A stretch of 64,000 nt of DNA from Promethearchaeota archaeon (GCA_048938385.1 JBHLMG010000001.1:12153-76152); one strand, 5' to 3'. Shown: positions 8,512 through 17,445, counted from the stretch's first letter. Notes: generated by a model from the sequence alone, not told the origin. Translations and numbers: made by a program.

Positions 8512-9090
8512 GTGTTTAGCATCCCACGAAACCCCAATGGATTAATACAGTACGCGTTTCGTGCACTCGGAAAAGATTCCGTTTTCCTTAGAGATCTAGT
8601 TTTTTTCATTTCATTCGATTTACGGCAAATGCCGCCTTCCCGTGTCCATAAGCTTATTCAAAAGCTTAACTCCGCAGGCCATTTACTCATTGAGGATGGT
8701 CTAGTTCAGCTAAGCTCTAGCTTCAGCTCTGAATCTGATGTTACACCTCCTGCAGCAACTGCAGTTTTGGGTGAAATGTTACGACAATTCATCAGCTCAT
8801 CTAGATTAACCCGCGCTGTCGGGATGGATGACCAATCGATTCGTTTTGTCCAGACATCACAACCGCCATTAAAGATTGAAGCAACAGTGTATGGTTCACA
8901 AGAGTATCGCCTTGTCATTGATGAGGCGAAAAAACGGATCGAACACAACTGTCCGGACTGGAAACGAGTAAGCGTTGTACACCGCTTCTGCAAGCACGTT
9001 GCTAAGTTGGTGCTATTACTTAAAAAGGAAGATGCCCTGCGCCTTCTTTCGAGCTTACAAGAAGGCTCCTGGGAGTTTGTATCCCTTTAG
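8512..9090 (+). CDS. hypothetical protein with C-terminal SWIM-like zinc-finger motif
   Basis: ORF track, 192 aa. GTG 8512 is 7 nt after GAGGG. HNCPDWKRVSVVHRFCKHVAKLV resembles the SWIM pattern (CxC...CxH) with His replacing the first Cys. Confidence 0.55.
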   Translation: MFSIPRNPNGLIQYAFRALGKDSVFLRDLVFFISFDLRQMPPSRVHKLIQKLNSAGHLLIEDGLVQLSSSFSSESDVTPPAATAVLGEMLRQFISSSRLTRAVGMDDQSIRFVQTSQPPLKIEATVYGSQEYRLVIDEAKKRIEHNCPDWKRVSVVHRFCKHVAKLVLLLKKEDALRLLSSLQEGSWEFVSL

Positions 9091-10628
9091 ACAAAGTATA
9101 GCTGTTTTACATTTAGTGTCTGAAGATTAACTAAAGGAATAATTCCTGGTGTGGGTTCAATTCCAATTAAGCGCTGGTAGTCAGTTTGGCTTTGAAAGGT
9201 TCCTGAATTGATAATTAGTGTTTTACGATAACTGCTCAGAGTGGTTACATGAATATGCCCGCAGTGAAGGATATCGGGGACATCATCGATTACTAACCAG
9301 TCGCGAGGTTCAGCAACAATGGTTGTACCTTTACCATAAATAGGGGCGAGGTGACGGCCCTGAAGCATCGTTCGCATGGCCGCAAAACCTGCTTCAACCT
9401 CGGGTTTTGAAAGTGCCCCCATGATATCGACTAGGCTATCACCATGAAACAATAGGAGTTTAACTCCACTAAGACTGATTTGCGAAGGACATCCTAGCGA
9501 GGTGATTTGTAACCCTGAATCCCTAAGTGGATCGAAAAAGTAGTCATCTATTGCAGGTCGTGGAATGGCCGTTCGGACGCCATCATGATTCCCAGGTGTG
9601 ATGATGAGACTAATGTGGCTAGGAATTTCTTGAAGAATTTTATTAAGCCCTTGAAACTGACCGTTCAGATCATAAATCGTGATATCAGCGAGCTGGTTTG
9701 GATAGATACCAATACCATCGACAAGGTCACCATTTATGATGATGTATTTGACAGTACCTGCTAATTCAATGTGTTCTTTATCGCCCTCTTCACCTTTGAG
9801 CCATTCAATTACACGGTGGAAGACTTTATCGAGGAAATGCTTACTTCCAAAATGAATGTCAGATAACAACAATGCACTGATATTTTCCTTAGCCCGATTG
9901 TTCCGTCGGGTTGTTGGAATGTCTGGTAAGAATAGATCTTTGGCAATAATCATTTCAGAACTAACTATGGCTCCTTCAACACAGACGACCTGATCTAGCA
10001 AAACTATTCGGGCTTTAGAAAGCAGTTGTGTGTCGTGTTGTTGGATGATACAGTTGATTTTACCTGTGGGGTCCTCTAACTCCAAAGATATATTGCCGCT
10101 TCTAGTTTGCAGTTTCGTTGTGACAATTCCTACTATTTTTACAGTTGGTTTTGCTTCAGTTGCTTTCCTTGTGCTCATTCGTGCTTGGTCAATATCGACT
10201 ACCCCTTTTCCATCAACCCGTTGTGTAATAATATGACGTAAGCGGTAGTAGCGGTCTTGAAATGTCTGGTGGAAGTCTTCTATGGTACCGGTGCCTTGCA
10301 TTTCCGATGTTGGGTCTTTTAAAATTTGAATATCAGGTTTCACATTTTCTGCAATAGCTGTTGAAGATGTTAGTTGAGGTGTCTTGACTTCTTGTGAGAT
10401 CGGTTCATCTAGCGATGGTGATCGTTGTTCCTTTTTAAAATCGATAAAGTGGGTAGGCTCAAGCACAGGAATTTCAGCAGGGTGGACTTTTTCTGCTTTA
10501 AGAAATGCGTCGATAAATTGATCTGGGTAGGGGTGTTCCTTGAGAACATCTACAGCTTGTGGACTGATTTGAAATCCCGCCTTTAGGAGTCGTGTGATTG
10601 CAGTTTGGACTTTATCGTCTGGATGCAC
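9087..10628 (-). CDS. DNA polymerase II (PolD) small subunit DP1
   Basis: ORF track, 513 aa. Calcineurin-type phosphoesterase motifs LLLSDIHFGS, INGDLVDGIGIYP, GNHD, FHGD, CGHIH follow an N-terminal helical and OB-like region. This is the typical DP1 layout and the typical position next to orc1/oriC. Confidence 0.9.
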   Translation of the reverse strand: MHPDDKVQTAITRLLKAGFQISPQAVDVLKEHPYPDQFIDAFLKAEKVHPAEIPVLEPTHFIDFKKEQRSPSLDEPISQEVKTPQLTSSTAIAENVKPDIQILKDPTSEMQGTGTIEDFHQTFQDRYYRLRHIITQRVDGKGVVDIDQARMSTRKATEAKPTVKIVGIVTTKLQTRSGNISLELEDPTGKINCIIQQHDTQLLSKARIVLLDQVVCVEGAIVSSEMIIAKDLFLPDIPTTRRNNRAKENISALLLSDIHFGSKHFLDKVFHRVIEWLKGEEGDKEHIELAGTVKYIIINGDLVDGIGIYPNQLADITIYDLNGQFQGLNKILQEIPSHISLIITPGNHDGVRTAIPRPAIDDYFFDPLRDSGLQITSLGCPSQISLSGVKLLLFHGDSLVDIMGALSKPEVEAGFAAMRTMLQGRHLAPIYGKGTTIVAEPRDWLVIDDVPDILHCGHIHVTTLSSYRKTLIINSGTFQSQTDYQRLIGIEPTPGIIPLVNLQTLNVKQLYFV

Positions 10629-10714
10629 ACTGTTTCGCCATATTGTTTAGGTGGTTCTCTTTTTTCAAAAGTTCGGTTTAACTGTATCAATATAACTTCA
10701 AGAACGAAACGGAT

Positions 10715-10812
10715 TGGCGCGGAGTAAGGGATTTGAACCCTTGCGACCACGAAGGTCACTGGATAGCTCGTTCAAACTCGAGTCCAGCGCGTTACCGCTC
10801 TGCCAACTCCGC
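10715..10812 (-). tRNA. tRNA-Ser(CGA), class II, with 12-nt intron at 37/38, CCA encoded
   Basis: Hand fold. Acceptor GCGGAGT/ACTCCGC, discriminator G. Anticodon stem CTGGA/TCCAG, loop CTCGAG[TTTGAACGAGCT]A (intron 10765-10776, where CTCG pairs with CGAG). Variable arm GACC-TTCGT-GGTC, T arm AAGGG-TTCAAAT-CCCTT. Confidence 0.8.
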
Positions 10813-10927
10813 CCGGATATTGACTATCCGTTTCCATCCCCATAAAGATTTTTTCTACTGCTTTTTCTTGTTTTTTAATGAATTTGTTTAAATGGGTGCT
10901 GTAGTAAGTGCATCCAGGTGAAATAAT

Positions 10928-11776
10928 TTGGTATCTTCGAAGGATGTAGCAGCAATTCAACATAAGTATAAAATCATTGGACGAAAAGAGCTTATCACCC
11001 AGTGTCTAGCCTCGGATAACGCAGGGAAACACATTCTCATCGAAGGGCCAGTGGGTGTTGGGAAAACGACCATTGCTTCAGCCTTTGCTGATTTCTTAGG
11101 TCGTTCGCTTCTCCGTGTTGATGGTGACGAACGGTATACATCGGCTAAGCTTGTTGGATGGTTTGATCCACCGGTTGTTCTAAAGCATGGTTACACTCGG
11201 GAATCCTTCATTCCGGGTCCATTAGTCGAGACCATGGAGTCTGGAGGGGTGTTGTTCATTAACGAAATCAATCGAATGCCGGAAGCTACGCAGAACACTT
11301 TACTCCCGGTCATGGATGAAGGGCGCCTGCATGTGCCGAAATTGGGGACGATTAACTCTAAGAACGGGTTCCGAATAATTGCGACACAAAATCCTGAAGC
11401 TAGTGTTGGGGTCACTCCGCTAGGCGAAGCATTGCGCGACCGTTACATTTGGTTGCATTTGGATTACCATTCTGAGCCTGAAGAACAGGAAATCGTGAAA
11501 ATAAACACAGGCATTAACGATGAAAGCATCGTTGATACGGCAGTGGCAATTACACGCGCAACTCGTGATTACATTGATGTTCGCCGTGGGGCTAGCGTCC
11601 GGGGGGCAATTGATATGGCTAGCCTGTATGTCGAACTTCCTGGGGAGGGAAAAAGTGTCTGGGAACAAGCAGCGATTATGTCTTTAGTTCCTAAAATCGA
11701 ATTACATGATAATGTGCAGAAATCTGCATCTGATGTAATTAAGATAATTGTAAAATCAGTACTTGCAAATTTCTAA
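10928..11776 (+). CDS. MoxR/AAA_5-type AAA+ ATPase
   Basis: ORF track, 282 aa (TTG start uncertain). Walker A ILIEGPVGVGKTTIA, Walker B VLFINEINRM, then PEATQNTLLPVMDEGRL, RIIATQNP and LRDRY, as in MoxR/CbbQ/GvpN-like ATPases. Confidence 0.85.
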   Translation: MVSSKDVAAIQHKYKIIGRKELITQCLASDNAGKHILIEGPVGVGKTTIASAFADFLGRSLLRVDGDERYTSAKLVGWFDPPVVLKHGYTRESFIPGPLVETMESGGVLFINEINRMPEATQNTLLPVMDEGRLHVPKLGTINSKNGFRIIATQNPEASVGVTPLGEALRDRYIWLHLDYHSEPEEQEIVKINTGINDESIVDTAVAITRATRDYIDVRRGASVRGAIDMASLYVELPGEGKSVWEQAAIMSLVPKIELHDNVQKSASDVIKIIVKSVLANF

Positions 11777-11799
11777 TCTCCGAGGAGGAAGCGTCCTCC
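11767..11799 (+). promoter_or_regulatory. candidate -1 frameshift signal: slippery A_AAT_TTC (11767-11773) before the TAA stop, plus a 6-bp hairpin (11784-11799)
   Basis: In the MoxR frame the codons are gcA AAT TTC TAA, the X_XXY_YYZ pattern. The -1 frame is open from 11743 and runs into the VWA ATG at 11938. GGAGGA-AGCG-TCCTCC hairpin lies 10 nt downstream. Confidence 0.4.
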
Positions 11800-11937
11800 G
11801 ATGACCGAGTCTCTGTTCTGCTCTCAGGTTCTCTATCCGATGAGAAACTCTTCGAATCGGAAATTCGCGCGCACGGACGTGATTTTCAATATTTTCTGCG
11901 TTTAGGGCGAACCTTTGATTATCCAAAGGCAAAGGAG

Positions 11938-12849
11938 ATGGCTGAACTTGCTATCGAGCATGAAAATATTACAGCGCTCCAAGCGTTAGCTCATCTTCAA
12001 CCAATTGCGACTAGTGAAGCGCTTTCTTCGCAAGATGGGGTCCATCTTATCGCTAGATCTGCTCGAGAAGGAAATGTCGCTGCACCACTGCTCTTCTTCC
12101 AATTACGTCGGCAGATAAGTGGGCAATATAGACAAACCTTCCGTGAACTGGCTCGGGCCACCATTATCCATTCAGCGCTACGGATTAGCGGTCGTGGACT
12201 AAGACCTGAAACCATCAATACAACCCCATTTTCTCCAGGGCTAGACGAGTTTGATTTAGAATCTACCCTTGAAGAAATCCTGATGGAGCCCCAATATGTC
12301 AACTACCCAGATATCGTGGGGATCGAACGCGTTGCTCGCAAAAAGATTGGTACAATAATTTTAGACACTTCAGGATCTATGGCTGGTGAAAAGCTCTTAA
12401 CCGCCGCTACAGCAGCCGCTGTAGCTGCCTTCCATTTACGCCACGATAAATACGCCCTAATCGCATTCAATACGGTGGCTAGTACCATCAAAACCATGGA
12501 ACAAAAAGCTACAATCGACTATATCGTTGACACGATTTTAGATACTGAACCTGCAGGATACACTAACATAACCGATGGCCTTCAGACCGGATACAATCAG
12601 TATCGGCGAATTCCACGACAGGAATCCTGGGCGATTCTGATCACCGATGGCATTGCAAACCGTGGAGGTCCACCCGAGGACCATGCACGGAGGTACCACA
12701 ATCTCCATGTATTACAAACACCAGGCACGCATCCTCAAGGCGAAGAAACCTGTCAACGCATTGCACAACTAGGGCGAGGGCGCCACATAAAGGTCAAATC
12801 CTACACAGAAGTACCACGAGCGCTCATGCAGCTACTGCGTCACACATAA
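11938..12849 (+). CDS. von Willebrand factor A (VWA/MIDAS) domain protein, partner of the MoxR ATPase
   Basis: ORF track, 303 aa. MIDAS motif IILDTSGSMAG, later ITDG and LITDGIANRGG. The same frame is stop-free for 65 codons upstream (11743-11937), so the true N-terminus may lie upstream. Confidence 0.85.
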   Translation: MAELAIEHENITALQALAHLQPIATSEALSSQDGVHLIARSAREGNVAAPLLFFQLRRQISGQYRQTFRELARATIIHSALRISGRGLRPETINTTPFSPGLDEFDLESTLEEILMEPQYVNYPDIVGIERVARKKIGTIILDTSGSMAGEKLLTAATAAAVAAFHLRHDKYALIAFNTVASTIKTMEQKATIDYIVDTILDTEPAGYTNITDGLQTGYNQYRRIPRQESWAILITDGIANRGGPPEDHARRYHNLHVLQTPGTHPQGEETCQRIAQLGRGRHIKVKSYTEVPRALMQLLRHT

Positions 12850-13073
12850 AAGAGCAAGGGCTTTCAAAAGGGAATTGGGCGGGCAGTTAAGGGACCAATT
12901 TCTGTTCCTGGAATAGGGTACATGTGCTTCACCAACAATGTATCAAGACCAGAGTACTTAAACTCCGAAAATTATGCACTATAGTATCTAAACATTCAAC
13001 ATCATTGCTAAATATGACGGCAAAGCTTTTATCACCCTCACCGGCTCTTCATACGCGACCACACCAATCGGCT

Positions 13074-13216
13074 AGCGAGGTGGGGTAGCCAGGATTTCAC
13101 CCGACCTTACTTCTGGGTCAGGGACCTGAGATCCCGCGGTGAAGTCGCCAAACTGACGACCTCGCGGACGGCTCATAACCCCGAGATCGGTTGTTCAAAT
13201 CAACCCCTCGCTACCA
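13074..13216 (+). tRNA. initiator tRNA-Met(CAT) with two non-canonical introns, CCA encoded
   Basis: Hand fold. A1:T72 acceptor AGCGAGG/CCTCGCT. D region TGGGGTAGCCAGGA[intron ~13095-13130]GATCCC. Anticodon arm CGG[intron 13140-13169]GG-CTCATAA-CCCCG, giving the three G:C pairs typical of initiators. T arm GGTTG-TTCAAAT-CAACC. 143 nt in the gene, 77 nt after removing 36 + 30 nt. Confidence 0.8.
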
Positions 13217-13257
13217 TTTCTTCTTTTAGAAACAAACCGACTATTTGAACAAAAAAA

Positions 13258-13453
13258 CCCGTAGTGGCTGTGCTCCGACCACCGGGAAATAATGCCGGTA
13301 CGAATCCCGGACCAAAACCGGCAGTCGGACCCAATCCTAGGAAGCGTACAATTGACCAACAACGCGAGGCATCCAACCACCCCAGTAATTGTACACCGCT
13401 CAGCCACCCGGACCACGACCAAGCAGTCGTGTCATCAATAACACGACTACAGA
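13258..13453 (-). ncRNA. candidate structured ncRNA (~200 nt), class unassigned
   Basis: GC-rich island in an AT-rich spacer. Helices: 13274-13285/13318-13329 (12 bp), 13264-13270/13401-13407, 13346-13353/13387-13394, and hairpin 13423-13450. Two of these helices are fully paired only on the minus strand (G.U where the plus strand would have A.C). On the minus strand it ends in a U7 run (13251-13257). Confidence 0.5.
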
Positions 13454-13529
13454 GTAGAAAAACTCCACAACTTCCTGATGTTGCCTTTACCAAGACTCTT
13501 AAGCCGGTCTAGGCAAGGATACAAAGTGT

Positions 13530-15281
13530 ATGGAGAAATACCAAAAGGAACTCTCATCCATGACAATCAAACAGACAGACAGCCAGAATTCGGTATCATC
13601 CCCTAACAAAATCACAGCTCTACAACTATTTAATGAAATAGCAAAAAAGATCCAAAAAATTCTGGGTTCTAACCCCTTTGGCAACTACTCACAAATTCGT
13701 TGGATTAGCACACCATTAGAACTCAAGGGACCACGCTTTGGTGCTCACGAAACCTACATTAACAATCAACCGGTTCTCAACCTCTCCAAAGATCTAATCA
13801 CCAAACACGAAAATCTCCTCGAAGCCGTCTTGTGGCGAGAAGCTTATCTCCTACATCTACCGGAATCAGTTCGCGCTGTGAACCGTGCTGCTGACCTCGG
13901 ACTCTACTGTTACTACCGTCATGGACTCAAAACACGAAAACAACGGCAACGATTCATCCAGATATGGGAAGCCTCGTCTCCACCAATCCAATATGCCTTC
14001 TACCGCTACTTCCCAACAGGTGGCTTTGCTTATTTTGATAAAATTGTCGATGGTACTTTCTTGAAACTTGTCAAACAGTGGTTCACACCCTTCAAACAAC
14101 TACAAACTCCCTTAACTGTAGAAGCCTATACCTCAAACCTTGAACGATGGATGATGAATTACCACAGAATCTTAAAATCCATTGAACTCAAAGTACTACA
14201 AGGGCTTTATAACCACCCTTCTGCGTCACAAACTGAACTGGCCGAAAAGCTTGGTCTTAAACAACCCACAGTTAGTCGAATTATCAAAGTTCTTGCAGAA
14301 AAGCATTTTTTACGTTTATCCACAATAGAAAATTTCCCTGTTCTTGGTTTACAACCACTTGCTGTTGAATTTTCAACTCCAAATAACCAAATTCTAAATA
14401 AGTTAAAAAGAATTGCCAGTGAAATTCGCTACACTCTAGCAATTCACGAATTTGAAAATCTAATAAGAATTGTTTTTGTAATACCATTTAGGCGAACAGA
14501 GCGCTTTAGACAATGGGTAAAACAAACCAGTAGCGTGTTGGATTTACCTGCTTCAAGAATTCTCCAATTAGTCGAATGGTCGGTCTCAAGAAATTTCAAC
14601 CTTTATCAACCACAGAATAAAGGTTGGTCTTTAGATTTCAGCGCAATATTAAGTAGTATACAACGACTTCTCAATGAAGATTGGACGCAACAATTACCCC
14701 CAATACGATCATTCAGTTTTTCGCGCATAAAATCCAATCAATATGTACTTCTGCGTCCAGAAGATTTTATCTACATCCAAAGGGCTTCGGACGCGTTTCT
14801 AGTCACTAGTCGGGCGAAATTCTATGAAGCTGAAGAGGCACGGAAAGCTGGATCAAGTGATTTAACTTATCGACGCCGTGTGGCATATTTACAACGAAGA
14901 AAGGTGATTAGCCCACCTTTGGCTATTGGTTTACTACACATTGGTTTAGATGGCCTTGTGTCTCTTTTGATTAGAAGTTCTCATAGTGAAGCTCATAATT
15001 TACTTAGGTCATTACAGCTCCTTCCTCATGTTTCTGGGACCATTTTTGAAGATGGAAGCCTAGATGTTACTTTGTTGCTTCCAAAGGAAGTAGCTGTTTC
15101 AGTTGAGGCATCCCTACGCGCAATATTAACTGATTATGGAAGAGAAATACTTTCAACAGTAAAACCCGCTTGGGAAGCTTATGGCTGGGTTGCCCGTCCT
15201 CCTGTTGTAGCTAGAAATTATGATTTCAGTAACGGAAACTGGATTTGGCTAAAAGACACTCTTCCGCGTGTTTCGTTTTAA
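13530..15281 (+). CDS. lineage-specific paralogue 1: N-terminal unknown domain plus two Lrp/AsnC-like (wHTH + RAM-like) modules
   Basis: ORF track, 583 aa. HTH LKVLQGLYNHPSASQTELAEKLGLKQPTVSRIIKVLAEKHFL followed by FPVLGLQPLAVEF. Second module YRRRVAYLQRRKVISPPLAIGLLHIGLDGLVSLLI. Collinear with 15705-17426 and 22789-24300. Confidence 0.6.
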   Translation: MEKYQKELSSMTIKQTDSQNSVSSPNKITALQLFNEIAKKIQKILGSNPFGNYSQIRWISTPLELKGPRFGAHETYINNQPVLNLSKDLITKHENLLEAVLWREAYLLHLPESVRAVNRAADLGLYCYYRHGLKTRKQRQRFIQIWEASSPPIQYAFYRYFPTGGFAYFDKIVDGTFLKLVKQWFTPFKQLQTPLTVEAYTSNLERWMMNYHRILKSIELKVLQGLYNHPSASQTELAEKLGLKQPTVSRIIKVLAEKHFLRLSTIENFPVLGLQPLAVEFSTPNNQILNKLKRIASEIRYTLAIHEFENLIRIVFVIPFRRTERFRQWVKQTSSVLDLPASRILQLVEWSVSRNFNLYQPQNKGWSLDFSAILSSIQRLLNEDWTQQLPPIRSFSFSRIKSNQYVLLRPEDFIYIQRASDAFLVTSRAKFYEAEEARKAGSSDLTYRRRVAYLQRRKVISPPLAIGLLHIGLDGLVSLLIRSSHSEAHNLLRSLQLLPHVSGTIFEDGSLDVTLLLPKEVAVSVEASLRAILTDYGREILSTVKPAWEAYGWVARPPVVARNYDFSNGNWIWLKDTLPRVSF

Positions 15282-15704
15282 TTAACTCTTTGAATTCGTA
15301 AACTTATTTACAAGAAAAGGGTAGAACTTGAAATTACTACGACTTTTTTTTGTATCTCTTTTCTTGGCTTTAAATCGAAATCTGAAGCCAATAACATTAA
15401 CCGATATTAAATGGAGGCAACCAAAAAATGCATTATCCACCCACACGACCTAATCCTTTCTAATCATCTTTTGGATTCTCCCAACACATTCTGGAGCCCT
15501 AGATAAGGGCTCCCTTCTAATTAACCCAAAAGATACTTTCGGGATTTCTAACGAAGTGTATTCACCCACTCGTCTTAGACCTGGTTAACCCCCTGAAGAA
15601 GCACTCAGGGGTTCCATTACTCTTTTAATGTGTAGAAATTTCTCTAACCATGTATAATCAGAAATTAGTTTTAAGTTGAAAATCCATTGTTATGATAGCA
15701 CGAA

Positions 15705-17426
15705 ATGGATGGGATCTCAATAGCAACTGGTGCTTTGGAGTTGGCGCATAGGGTTCGTCGGGTACAGGCTCAGCTGGAGTCCATCTTAGGCTTGGAATGG
15801 TTGCCCCGTCCGCAAGATCGGATACAAGGCGTTACTTGGGGGTCGGTGCCCTTGGTGTGGAACACCCCGCGGTTTGGAGTGAAGGAATCATTAGTTTCAG
15901 ATCGTCCACGGGGTGGATGGCAAGTGACGATTGCCGAGGCGTTGCAGGAGGAGCCGGACCATGTATTATCATGGGTGATATGGCGGGAGTCGTTCCTCAC
16001 CTTTCTACTACCACATCTACGCCACATTCCTGAAGTTGCTGATTTAGGGCTTTATGCTGGATTGAAGCATGGTAATTTTTCATCCAACCAAGATGCAGAA
16101 TTAAAGGTGCTATGGCAGCATGTGTCGGTCCCCCAGCACCATGTGCACTACATCTATGATGCGCCTTATGGGTTTCCTCTGTTCGACCAAGTCGTAGATG
16201 GGGGCTTTCTAACGCGGGTTGTGACCTGGTTGAATGGCTTCCGTACTAGTGCTGTGGCACCATTAACTTCGACGACATACACAGCGGCCCTGGAGCAGTG
16301 GATGCTGGAGACCCACATTCCATTAACTGTAAATGAGGTCCGCATTCTATCTGTGCTCGCTCGCACCACTCATTTCAAGCAAACGGAATTAGCCCAACAA
16401 CTCGACATGCTCCCCTCTGCTCTCAGTCCGGCGCTCACGAAGCTTGCGCAACGCCACATCCTACGCTTGTACAATTTCACTAATCTCCCTAAAATCGGGC
16501 TCATCCCCTTCGAGGTTTTGCTTCGAATTAGTAATTCGAAAAAGCGATCAAAATGGATTGATTTGTTGAGTACCGCACGTTATGCATACTCTATTACAAC
16601 AATGCAACAAGACTGGATCCTTGGAAGGTTGCTCATTCCATTTGATCGCGTTAACGATCTTCAACAATGGGTTGAAGACCTTTCAACAAACGAAGAAATC
16701 ACATTAGTATCTCTGTTTAAAGTCACCGAATTGGTAGATTATTGGAACTTCGGTTCCTATATGCCTGGGGTCGGTTGGGTTGATGATTTCTCCCTTATTC
16801 TGGAACAAACCCGATCGTTACTCTACAATTTGAAATCTAAACCAATAGAGAAGTTTATCTCAAAGTATACTTACGATTATGATACAGCTCGTGAGAATAT
16901 ATTTGAATTGCGGGTTGAAGACTTTATTTATTTTCGGAGAGCAATCGACATCGTTTTCACAACGGATCGTATTTCACCGCAGCTTTCTCAAGAAATCCGA
17001 AATGCGGGCCTCTCCGATTCAGCATACCGGAGACGAGTACAAAAGCTCGAAGAACAGGACATTAGCACCATTGGGCGGTTGTGGTTACTTCATATCGGGC
17101 TCGATACAGTTATACAGCTCCTTTTATTTGAACCCATAGAAACAGTGACTAGCTTCATACAGGCAATGCGTACTTTTCCCTATATTACTGGTTCAATATA
17201 CGAAAGGGGGAATGGAAGGCTCAGGGTTTTTGTTCCTAACTTACAGGCTGTGGAGGTTCTCTCCTTCTTACAGAAACTAGCTATTGATCTTGAAATGGGT
17301 GTACTAATTGAAGCTCAGCCCTTTTGGAAAGCCGTTACGGGGCTTCAGGATCCTGTTAAAGAATCAAATTATGACTTCAATGTGGGAACTTGGAAGTGGG
17401 ATGAAGCCAGTCTTCCCAAAATATAA
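15705..17426 (+). CDS. lineage-specific paralogue 2 (tandem Lrp/AsnC-like modules)
   Basis: ORF track, 573 aa. Shares with paralogue 1 the blocks WRE(A/S)(Y/F)L...ADLGLY, VDG(T/G)FL, the HTH VRILSVLARTTHFKQTELAQQLDM...LTKLAQRHIL followed by LPKIGLIPFEVLL, YRRRVQKLEEQ...LWLLHIGLDTVIQLLL, and the C-terminal NYDFNVGTWKW. Confidence 0.6.
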   Translation: MDGISIATGALELAHRVRRVQAQLESILGLEWLPRPQDRIQGVTWGSVPLVWNTPRFGVKESLVSDRPRGGWQVTIAEALQEEPDHVLSWVIWRESFLTFLLPHLRHIPEVADLGLYAGLKHGNFSSNQDAELKVLWQHVSVPQHHVHYIYDAPYGFPLFDQVVDGGFLTRVVTWLNGFRTSAVAPLTSTTYTAALEQWMLETHIPLTVNEVRILSVLARTTHFKQTELAQQLDMLPSALSPALTKLAQRHILRLYNFTNLPKIGLIPFEVLLRISNSKKRSKWIDLLSTARYAYSITTMQQDWILGRLLIPFDRVNDLQQWVEDLSTNEEITLVSLFKVTELVDYWNFGSYMPGVGWVDDFSLILEQTRSLLYNLKSKPIEKFISKYTYDYDTARENIFELRVEDFIYFRRAIDIVFTTDRISPQLSQEIRNAGLSDSAYRRRVQKLEEQDISTIGRLWLLHIGLDTVIQLLLFEPIETVTSFIQAMRTFPYITGSIYERGNGRLRVFVPNLQAVEVLSFLQKLAIDLEMGVLIEAQPFWKAVTGLQDPVKESNYDFNVGTWKWDEASLPKI

Positions 17427-17445
17427 TTTCAGATAAAAAAGAAAA

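Noticed and set aside
13258-13453. Assigning the structured element to SRP (7S) RNA or RNase P RNA.
   Set aside because: I could not find the SRP helix-8 GGAA tetraloop/AGCA motif or the RNase P CR-I (GAGGAAAGUCC) and CR-V (ACAGAA..GGCUUA) blocks. At about 200 nt it is short for either. It is left as class unassigned.
13195-13512. Three overlapping ORFs in the track (13195-13422 -, 13200-13493 -, 13264-13512 +) between tRNA-iMet and paralogue 1.
   Set aside because: They overlap each other on both strands and have low-complexity Pro/Gly/Arg- or Trp/Cys-rich translations. They have no start context and coincide exactly with the GC-rich helices of the structured RNA candidate. Long open frames are expected by chance in a locally GC-rich, stop-poor segment.
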